Below are positions 51,701 to 58,851 of a DNA stretch of 58,851 bases, piece by piece. Source of the stretch: Girardia tigrina (taxonomy: Eukaryota). The translations under genes and the position numbers were made by a program. Below the pieces are notes generated by a model. That model was not told the origin of the DNA. It worked only from the letters and a program-made list of their open reading frames with translations, and searched no databases. How positions within the stretch are numbered: position 1 is the stretch's first letter; every line of letters begins with the position of its first letter. The stretch covers positions 62,001-120,851 of the forward strand of contig MQRK01227526.1 in NCBI GenBank assembly GCA_001938485.1. The letters are read 5' to 3'.

Positions 51701-54700
51701 AAATTTATTTGCAACAGGTGTGATCCGGTGCAAATATTTACTTAAAATAACAAAGCTCAGATATTATTTACACTAGATTTATAAAACAAAAACGAAATTA
51801 AAGAGAAAGAAATTTTCTATACTCTTATATTTTGGCAAACAACGACTACAAACAGTGGTAGATGTATTAACCATTCGTAAAATAAAAGTTATTATATCCT
51901 TTTATCAACCGTCACAAAATCATAAACTCACATTAGCGATTTGCGTAGCATCGGGATTGTTCTCTTCTATCATGGATATCACCAAATTCCCAATGTTCTG
52001 TTTCAACTCAATCATTTGGTGGATAGAACAGTCGGGGTAGTTACCCCCTCTTAGAATATAATTCATGTAGTCTATAATTTTGTTATCATAAACGGTAACT
52101 CTGTTTTCTTGATTTCCCTAAACATAATTATTAATAAAAATATATGTAATTATATTATGAAATGTATAAAACAAACGGCGACGAATTCGTTGATTGTTGA
52201 AAAAACTTGGGAAACTAAATCTATTGTATCTTTATTTATGTTGGCATAAACGACATTGAGAAACTGAACGACTTCGGCGACCAAATTAAACGACTTGACG
52301 TTATCCGGCTGTTCTCTCAGATATGTCTGAGAATTAATAAAATAATAAATAAAAAAGTCAACAATCAAACTCTAAATATCTAAAACAACTAAAAAATAAA
52401 ATATAAAATCGTGAATCACGATGAAGTTTCGATTGGACTCAGTTACTCAAAATAAGGTACCAAAATGTAAAATCATAAAACGCGATTAATTTTGATATAA
52501 ACTAATAAGAATTTAAAAAACACGAATAAAGTGTTTGATTTTACACTATTTTTGTAATTAATTGGTTGATAAAATGCCAGTTAAAATATTCTAAATATTT
52601 TAAGATAACTCATTTATTAAAAGATTTTTATGTCAAAGTGTATATCAACAACATCAATGTGATTTTTTAAACATTTATTAACATCACAAGTAGAATTGTC
52701 ATGACAACAATTATTCAACCCGCTTTCGCTATTTGATATTTTTTTGATTAAAATATTTCTGAATTCATACTAATTTTTCAATAAATGAACAAGTATTTAT
52801 TATTAATTATAAAGATTCTAATTAGTAAAAATTAAATCTAAACATTTTTTAAAAAGTACATATTAAATTAATATATTAAATTTTTTTTAAATTACATTAC
52901 AAATTAAATACAACATTCGAATATTATTTTAATCTTTTTACTTTAAAATTAAATTAAATTATTTTTAATTAGTAGGAATCAAAGAAAATACCAATCCTCC
53001 AAATGGGTAGGAGAATCAACATACAAAATGCACAATATCAACACACAATTCAAAACATTCCTCACAGAGTAATTCAAGAAGAAAAGATAAGAAAAGAAAA
53101 CAGTTAGATGCACAAATTAAATGAAACGTTTTTAAACCATAAAAATAATTTAATAATAAACTTTAATTATAGAAAATATTGCAAAATATAATCAAAATTA
53201 TCAATTGTAATTGAAAATCTCGGCGGAAGTACTTCCATGTTGTATTCATGGGTGTTCCGGGAGTCTCCATTTTACTCCAGAGACTTACCTGAGCTAGCAG
53301 TCATGGTTGTCGCTTTTTTGGTCGTGCTGAGTCCATTTTTTTGATTTAAAATTCTTTGATATTTGTTTGGCTCATTCGAGATTTATCATCAAAAATTCTC
53401 CAACCAACATTTCTTGACAATTTTTTATTTTTATATTTGTGCACATGGTTGATAGTTTACTAATTTTGAGTGAAAGTATTTTACTAATATAAAAAATTTT
53501 AAAGGTTGAATTATTTATCTGTAACAATTAATCAAAAACTTAAAAAGAAATATTTGATAATAGTTTCGTTATCTTTAAGTATTATATTTTTTATTTAATA
53601 AGTACCTGTAACCCGGGATGTTGACCATCGCATATTCGAGCTAGAAGTTTCAGTACCAGTTCGATATAGCCATCATCTTTCATACTTATGGCATCCTCTC
53701 CAGTATCATTTTCATCTTCTTCTCCTTCCTCTTCTTCCATTTCATCAGATTTGGTCTATCAGGACTGTAATGACCACGAGTCAAGAATAGTCAAAACCAT
53801 ACCACAGTAACCATAGCTAGTTCTTCAGCTTCTTTTCCAAGTAGTTTATTAGAGTCACTGTGGTCGTGGAGTTTTGGATTTTCATTCAATAAGTTAGAAT
53901 CATTTTGTCTAAATGTTGTTTTAACAGGATGTTTAACTTTGCCATTGATATTTTTTTCCTTTTTCATAGGTTTTGATTGACCTTTTCTACTATTCTTTAT
54001 TGAATGGATACATGAAATTTTTAAAAATATTAAGATATAATTACCGGTAGACTGTTTGCAGCATTTTTCATTCGTTGAGTACTAATCATCATTCTTATTT
54101 CCTACAAAAATATCCATCATTTATTCCGAAAAAGACAAATTAACAAAACGAATGGCAAAATATATTCTCAAAAAATGTCTTTGATCAACATCAGTCTCAT
54201 ATCAAGATGTCACTAATATCAACATTGTCACAAGAAGACTCAAAAACATAAAACTACAATGGTCAATAAGAGAAGAAACTGTGACTTTCAGGCTTGCGGA
54301 TCACATCATCTTAAGATAGAACTATGGCTGGAAGGAAAGCTAACTCTACTTTCGAAGTCATGAAAAGGTCTGCCAAATCCCGGCAATTTTCTAATCCCGG
54401 GATCCGGAATTGCGTAAATTTTATTACAATCATTTTTTCATAAACTAAAATCATTTATTCAAATGTTAGATTTTAAAATACCATAATGAAATTTTTGTCT
54501 TATTATTGAGTTCATTTTAATTCACTTTTACATCGAGTAATTTAAATTTTTGAAAAAAAGTAAATAAATTCTGATTCCCGGGATTGGAACCCCTTGTCCT
54601 GACCACATTTTCTAACAAGGTTTGAACGTTGAAACCCATTATATAAAGAGTTTCCCGATCTGTTTAATAATCGTTACAATCAAATTAATAATTGCACAAT

Positions 54701-54743
<43 letters not shown>

Positions 54744-56905
54744 TTACAAAATTACAATAAAAGATAAAAACTTTTTAAAAAACATTTATAAAATACTCAT
54801 AATAATACTCATTATTCGTTTACGTGTTTTATATCGAGTTGTTCGGAAAGAAATTTCATTTTATTGGTGAAAATGAAAGACGATCTTCGTATAATGAATA
54901 AATATGTTATTTAATTATATATTGGCCCTTCTGATGCAACACCTTTTACCATCTTTCTGATAGTAGCATGATTCCACGATCATAAAGGTTTTGGTCTTTC
55001 CTGGCAAAAAACTGATCCACGTGATTTTGACATTTTCATTTGAGGTAAAGGTTTTACCGTCCAAGAAATTTTGCAATGACCGTAGCAAATAACAATCCGA
55101 AGGCTCCAGATTTGGAGAATATGGTGGGTGGGACAGTGTATCCCATTCAAGCTGTAAAAGCTTTTGGCGAGTGAAAAAACTTATTTGAGGTCTCATATTA
55201 TCTTGGTGGAACACTACATCTTTTCTGTTGATTAATTCTGGCTTTTTCTGTTGAAGTGTATCATTCAGTTTGTCCAGTTGATGACTGTAGACTTCCGAAT
55301 TAGTTATTGTGTTATTCGGTAAAAACTCAACAAAACCACTCCTTTAAAATCCCACCAAACAGACAGCATCACATTTGTTATTAGTATTTGCTTTCGAAAT
55401 GATTTGAGCCGGTTCATCTTTTCTGTTCCATGATCTCTAGCTTTTGACATTGTTATGTACAACCCATTTTTCGTCCCCCAGTAATGATGCGTTTCAAAAT
55501 GGATAATTTTCGTAGCGTTTGAGGAGTGAATCACAGGTGTCAATGCTATGACACAAATTTCTCTCTGTGAGGACATGGGGAACCCATACATAGAGCTTCG
55601 AAGTTAAACCCAGGTATTTCAGGTGGTCATAAACAGTTGAAAATTTAACCTTTAAGCGATTTCACGCGTTGTTATTTGCCGGTTTGCATCAAATAATGCC
55701 TTTATCGTGTATTTATTCAACGGGTCTTCAAAAACTACTATGTAAAATCAATTCAACTTTTCCACATACAAGCCTTGCTATATCATCTCTCAAAATATAT
55801 AATGATTATGTGGCTTAAGTTTGAAGTTGGGATCAAATAAATATAATTAAATCAAAACAGAGTTTTGAAAAAACAAAATTACTTTCCGAACAACCTAATA
55901 AATGTTTCGATATGAAGAAAGACTTGAATTCAGTGATCATATTACAATAATTGATAATAATATAAATTACAGTAAAGTCCGCCAATGAGACCCCGTCCTT
56001 AATTTTAATGCAAAAAGTAGGAGTTACATTTTAATAATGAGTCTTATAGGCCGGACTTTACGGTAAAAACAATTTTCAAAAGTTATATGACGAAGACATG
56101 AAAATAAGACATAACACTTAAAAGTAAATCAACCTTCATTGCACGATTTCCAAGGGTCATGGTTGTTGCAAGATTTTTAGCTTGCTCTTGAGCTTCTTTT
56201 TTCCTTGAAAGCTGCTGGGCCAACAATAAGCGTCTTTCTTTTATATTTGCCATAGATAATTGTAGTCGATTTCTGACAGCATAGAAAAATACTTCTTCTT
56301 TTGTTTCAAGAAAGTAATCCAGTAAGGATTTCTAATAAGTAACATAAAGTAACAGTAATTAGTAGTGATCAAACTCTACCTGGATCGCATGGTTGGCATT
56401 GAACAACATCATTGCTTGTAAAGACAAAACTTCTTTAGCGATTTGGTCACTTGGATTGGCCAGATGTGGCAAGATTTTCGTACCGAACTTAAATGAGTTT
56501 AATGTGTTTTGTATATCTTCAATGTTTTTTAATCCTTTTTTAATTCTAAATTCTGATGTTCGAGTTTGCCAGTCTTCTGGTAACTTCCGTTCTTCATTAT
56601 GGATCATTGACCTCAACAACTGGAGACATCTGATATCCAATTTCTCCTGTTCCAGTCTTCGTTTCCGAGCTCCGCCAGTCATGGCCTGATTCCCGAAATT
56701 GGCTGTGGTTGCAGATATACTGGATTGGAAAAACGATTCAAATTATATCTTTAACAATGTACTCACTGTAGTTGATTTATTAATAGATCTGCCATTTTGT
56801 ATTTGATCTCCGTTTTCTTTGCATTCGCCACAATAAAACACTTCAAGTGGTTCTGGAATTCATCTCCCAACGGTAAATAATCGTCTCCGTTTAACGTTGT
56901 ATAAT
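14643..56905 (-). CDS. ITPR: Inositol 1,4,5-trisphosphate receptor-like (IP3R/RyR family) Ca2+ release channel, C-terminal half; 5' end outside the window
   Basis: 23 phase-consistent GT-AG exons: 56905-56767, 56719-56380, 56331-56134, 54101-54045, 53994-53803, 53755-53606, 52326-52177, 52117-51932, 50355-50287, 50231-50145, 42425-42317, 32118-32000, 30457-30288, 30238-30092, 27830-27672, 27619-27505, 25076-24953, 24902-24727, 24673-24521, 24462-24265, 24217-24080, 24026-23694, 14810-14643. Motifs CDGQHPGLQTYLREQ (RIH-associated), SIELLK, GLNIIFGIIVDTFSELRD (S6), CFIC...H...EHNMWSY (Zn finger). Confidence 0.92.
15040..15575 (+). mobile_element. Degenerate mariner transposase fragment
   Basis: ETKHESEEW, INAAYYSQL, LFDNALVH, NPPYIQDLSQSDFTLFRHLK. 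Confidence 0.8.
15815..16400 (+). repeat. Dispersed LTR-like repeat family (TGTGAGG terminus); related copies at 13429-13850(+), 26420-27017(-), 51429-51630(-), 52640-53066(-)
   Basis: Long reverse-complement similarity to 52725-53066; shared TGTGAG(G)AAT end and a CTCC..C.CAGATGG motif; downstream GPYIV peptide resembles a gypsy integrase GPY/F motif. Confidence 0.55.
16510..17311 (+). mobile_element. Non-autonomous MULE/Mutator derivative
   Basis: Imperfect long TIRs (GAGAACACGTCAA.../...TTGACGTGGACCC); 9-bp TSD ATTTGATAT/ATTTTATAT; internal YLRGIAHNF* typical of animal MULE transposase C-termini. Confidence 0.75.
18486..21846 (+). mobile_element. Ty3/gypsy LTR retrotransposon, degenerate (gag, PR, RT, RH, IN)
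   Basis: 5' LTR TG..CA at 18486-18605 and 3' LTR remnant at 21805-21846 (AATTAA.CAGTGTTTTGGAAAA...TTACA); 5-bp TSD TCTAT; Gag knuckle CYKCQKLGHIAKYC; PR ALIDLG; RT YIDDI; RNase H CDASS/HINVAELEA; integrase after RH; multiple stops. Confidence 0.93.
18620..19361 (+). CDS. gag: Retrotransposon Gag with CCHC zinc knuckle (intact ORF)
   Basis: Open frame from ATG 18620 to TAG 19361; EKFDG...W motif and CX2CX4HX4C. Confidence 0.8.
22064..22761 (-). mobile_element. 5'-truncated Penelope-like element with inverted pseudo-LTRs
   Basis: ~245-bp inverted repeats (22064-22306 and 22516-22761) around GIY-YIG coding sequence LVYKYTCNGCNATYIGETSRHL...EALLIRSMDPKIN. Confidence 0.9.
22094..22146 (-). ncRNA. 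Minimal type I hammerhead ribozyme in PLE pseudo-LTR (second copy at 22676-22731, + strand)
   Basis: CUGAAGA-U-GGCGG(gcaau)CCGCC-GAAA-UUAA-UU; palindromic helix III; helix I pairs at 8 of 10 positions. Confidence 0.7.
23694..25076 (-). CDS. ITPR: IP3R-like channel domain exon cluster (S3-S6, pore, Zn finger, coiled tail)
   Basis: Six exons with 47-58-nt introns: YFFAFHLINIV, AVTQNGKSL, CDSLWHCFVSVLRFGLVGDLFE, IFGIIVDTFSELRD, CFICSRNSYDFE, FFPLNRALCL. Confidence 0.93.
25128..26400 (-). mobile_element. Degenerate mariner element in an IP3R-like intron
   Basis: Minus-strand KKFRDGNLSLKDE, VTGDE, HHDNA, PAYSPDIAPFDYHLFR; ATG at 26264. Confidence 0.88.
27843..27891. repeat. (ATT)n microsatellite
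   Basis: Perfect ATT run. Confidence 0.95.
28269..28350. repeat. (ATT)n microsatellite
   Basis: Perfect ATT run; source of the poly-Ile ORF. Confidence 0.95.
28352..29022 (-). mobile_element. Penelope-like remnant with short inverted pseudo-LTR
   Basis: SNLVYEFSCKECDATYIGETSRHF...EALLIKSLNPSIN on the minus strand; ~53-bp inverted ends (28352-28404 and 28969-29022); damaged hammerhead CTGAAGA..GAAATATATT. Confidence 0.85.
29067..30019. mobile_element. Candidate solo LTR (953 bp)
   Basis: TGTA...TACA termini flanked by ATTAT on both sides, although the flanks are low-complexity. Confidence 0.4.
30606..31727 (+). mobile_element. Tc1/mariner fragments (mariner N-terminus plus a DD37D/DD41D-type C-terminus)
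   Basis: MIEEKRVIRVLL*HH...SLED*DRSGRP at 30797-31000; PLDF..GY..KVY-like segment at ~31420; terminal GGAACACTCTG|TA. Confidence 0.65.
33222..33612 (-). mobile_element. Helitron/HINE-like repeat, copy 2
   Basis: Similar to 3277-3682 and 48757-49141. Confidence 0.6.
34063..36252. mobile_element. Foldback/MULE-like non-autonomous element with modular TIRs, hosting a mariner
   Basis: GGAAAAAACATCGCGGGAAA... at 34071 mirrored by TTTCCCGCGATGTTTTTTC at 34631 and 36212; internal TTAGG-like tract at 34541-34570; flanks AATAAAAT/AGTAAAAT. Confidence 0.6.
34887..36169 (+). mobile_element. Near full-length mariner (mellifera-like TIR), spanning an N gap
   Basis: TIRs TGGGTTGGCCAAAAAGTCATTGCGTTTTT at both ends; WLPHEL, ITGDDKW, HDNARPH, YSPDLAPSDFHLF; few disruptions. 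Confidence 0.93.
37514..37640. repeat. (TA)n microsatellite spanning a 50-N gap
   Basis: TA repeats on both sides of Ns at 37563-37612. Confidence 0.95.
38005..39435 (+). mobile_element. Full-length Tc1/mariner DD41D (rosa/Visitor) element, pseudogenised
   Basis: 26-bp TIRs CAGG(T/G)TGTGACAAAAGTAACGCAAAA with TA TSD; WSD...LNGHINRHNCIYW, FQHDGATPH, *PPRLPDLTP; the expected third Asp would fall 41 residues after the second, at a 1-nt frameshift. Confidence 0.92.
39570..39787. repeat. Perfect 83-bp inverted repeat with 52-nt spacer
   Basis: 39570-39652 is the exact reverse complement of 39705-39787. Confidence 0.92.
45069..45748 (+). mobile_element. Internally deleted Penelope-like element with inverted pseudo-LTR, nested in the hAT
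   Basis: Inverted ends at 45069-45176 and 45650-45748; AEALLIKHHQPCLNVQG GIY-YIG tail; flanked by (TA)n. Confidence 0.8.
45106..45157 (-). ncRNA. Minimal hammerhead ribozyme
   Basis: UUGCA-CUGAAGA-U-GCC(gaaau)GGU-GAAA-CGCG-UU-UGUAU; CGCG palindromic helix III. Confidence 0.65.
48757..49141 (-). mobile_element. Helitron/HINE-like repeat, copy 3
   Basis: Similar to copies 1 and 2; internal (TA)n expansion. Confidence 0.6.
51932..54101 (-). CDS. ITPR: IP3R-like exons covering the RIH-associated domain
   Basis: YIELVLKLLARICDGQHPGLQ|TYLREQPDNVKSFNLVAEVVQFL...EFVA|GNQENR. Confidence 0.88.
54834..55898 (-). mobile_element. Internally deleted mariner with TIRs
   Basis: TIRs ..GTTGTTCGGAAAG(A/T)AATTT with TA TSD; VMLSVWWDFKGV, FHQDNMRP, HPPYSPNLEPSD. 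Confidence 0.92.
55970..56063. mobile_element. Small Tc/pogo-type MITE
   Basis: TA|CAGTAAAGTCCG ... CGGACTTTACGG|TA. Confidence 0.6.
56134..56905 (-). CDS. ITPR: IP3R-like armadillo-solenoid exons (most 5' exons in the window)
   Basis: LPLGDEFQ, RCLQLLRSMIHNEE, MLFNANHAIQ|KSLLDYFLETKEEVFF; 47- and 48-nt introns. Confidence 0.88.
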
Positions 56906-57589
56906 CTAAATAATTTACTTACGTTTACAGACAACTTCAATTAAAATAGTTAAAGTTTAATTTTCAATATTATGTACAAAATCGCATTTTCGGATCTTTT
57001 TAATCATAAAAGCTCTAATTGATGGATAATCGCTTGTTGAAAATAGTCTTTTTTAAGTCAAATATTAAATACGTTATATTATATTACAGTGTTATTCTGA
57101 AATATAAAACTTTTGATTGCGGAATAAAAAACATTGAACCAAAATTTACCTTTTTTATTATTAAATCGGAAACAGTTTATCAACTATAAGTAAAATAGTT
57201 TAAATAGAACAATGAAATCACACAATATTAATGGCTTTTGTTAAGTAAATGTCTGAGATGACATATGTAAAGGAATAAGGCTTTTCTTTCTTTCATAGTA
57301 TAGATGTAAAGTTGGTGTTTTCTTCATTCAATATAGCTTTAATTAGGACTAGGACGATCGCCTTAATATTTTGCCTTCACACTTCTAAAGAATTCTTTTT
57401 TTTAGATATAGCTGTGGAGAGTACGCCGGAAGAAAGTTAAGTTATACTAGAAAAAGACCCGTTATATATAACGACTGAGCTGAATTTTCGTCTTTGAAAA
57501 TTTCTGCTTTGATTTATAAATCGTAATTATTATAAATTAAAATACGGATTCATTACGCAGAGTCATTCAGCATATATTTGATCATAGTA

Positions 57590-58030
57590 AAATTTGAACT
57601 TGACCGACAAACCGTGATTCAGATGATAACGAAATTTTGCAAATTTAACCTAAATTGATTTTTAGAAATATAATTAGTAAATAAGTGGTAGAAATCGTCA
57701 TTTGTCAATTGAATCAATATGTTAGTAGTATTTTTTAAAATATTTTCACGAATTTCCTTGTAGGAATCATCCTAATCGGCATTATTCGAAATCGGTGATA
57801 ATTTAACCATTTAACGACTTGTACGGTTTTCGATCGATTTCATCGGCTTCCAGGCGTCTTTCGGAGAAGGCGCTGTACCGACACAATTTTATTGATGCGG
57901 GCTATCCCTATTGACCACGTACTTAAGTGTATTCACTCCGGTTCCTCCGGAATTTCACATTTAAAAGCGTGACCGACAAACAAACAAACAAACACACTTT
58001 TTAGACAAATTTTATATATGTATTAGGCTT
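57590..58030 (+). mobile_element. Lep1/Helitron-like non-autonomous element
   Basis: Terminal GTGACCGACAAACAAACAAACAAACACACTTT...TATATATGTATTAG architecture recalled from insect non-autonomous Helitrons. Confidence 0.45.
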
Positions 58031-58379
58031 TCATTTAAAAGTCGCAATACATCTAACTTGTGATGAAACCCACAATTATCCCTCACAAGTCAATGGTCTG
58101 GAGTAGCCTGAAAATATGACAATTGAAAATCAGTGATGAATTGTTTGAATTTGGAAACAATATTGGAAAATTGGAATATTGGAAACAATTTTTAATAATC
58201 ACATAATAAATTTACATATTCAATTTCGTAATAAAAGATTTTATATTTCGAATAACACTGCAATCCTTTGGATCTCGTTGACGTATACATACATTCAAAC
58301 TCAGATACCGAACAAAAGTGTATTTATTTTGCTGTTTAGCTACCTAAAATATCTTTCCATCTATTACTATCTTGTACTA

Positions 58380-58800
58380 CATCACATATATAGATGTGTC
58401 CGCTGCGCCATAGGAGGGCATATCATGCATCTGAAAAAATTAAGTCAATCACAGATTACTTATATCAAAAGTTTTCAAAATGTTTCTATCAAACGAAGAA
58501 TCTTTTTATTGATGAAGGTCTGATGTTATGGAAAAGAAAGACTTGAATTAAAGCAGTGTAATCCATCAATGCGTCCCAATGTGGAATCAAGTTATTCAAG
58601 TAAGTTAATCGTGAAAATAATTCTTTTGATGACTTCATCATTCAGACAAGCTACATCCGGTCTCGCATTGAGTGGATCCGTTGTAATGAAAGTAAGGAAG
58701 AGGTATTTGAATAAAAGGCCTCAAATTATGAATTGACAATTTATATACAAATCCAGGTCTGTTTGAACTCTAACGTAAAACTACATGAGGATGCGACATT
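58380..58800 (+). mobile_element. piggyBac (PGBD4-like) transposase relic
   Basis: FIDEGLMLWK...KQCNPS and SVVMK...YLNK resemble the IDESL..WKGR..KQYIPSK and SVV..L..YL.KG motifs. Confidence 0.75.
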
Positions 58801-58851
58801 TTTCCAAAAAATTAGACAGTAGGGGAAAAATGCGGGTTCTCCCTCACCCCC

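Overview
AT-rich, TE-dense genomic DNA from an animal (probably an invertebrate), with three N-gaps. Two host genes lie on the minus strand. (1) A 3-exon, ~863-aa Ebony-like stand-alone NRPS (adenylation, carrier and AANAT-fold domains) at 6853-9790. (2) The 3' half of a non-canonical IP3-receptor/RyR-family Ca2+ release channel: 23 exons with consistent phases at 14643-56905, with the 5' part outside the window. Its filter reads RFGLVGD instead of GGGVGD. The rest is a layered set of transposons: several mariners, a DD37D maT, a DD41D rosa element, a hAT/Buster, MULE derivatives, a piggyBac MITE and relic, and Helitron-like repeats. Retroelements include a compact gypsy with 120-bp LTR and TCTAT TSD, a full-length 5S-rRNA-derived SINE with a 10-bp TSD, and five Penelope-like GIY-YIG remnants, three of them framed by inverted pseudo-LTRs and several carrying minimal hammerhead-ribozyme motifs. 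All calls come from manual reading and translation; no database searches were run.
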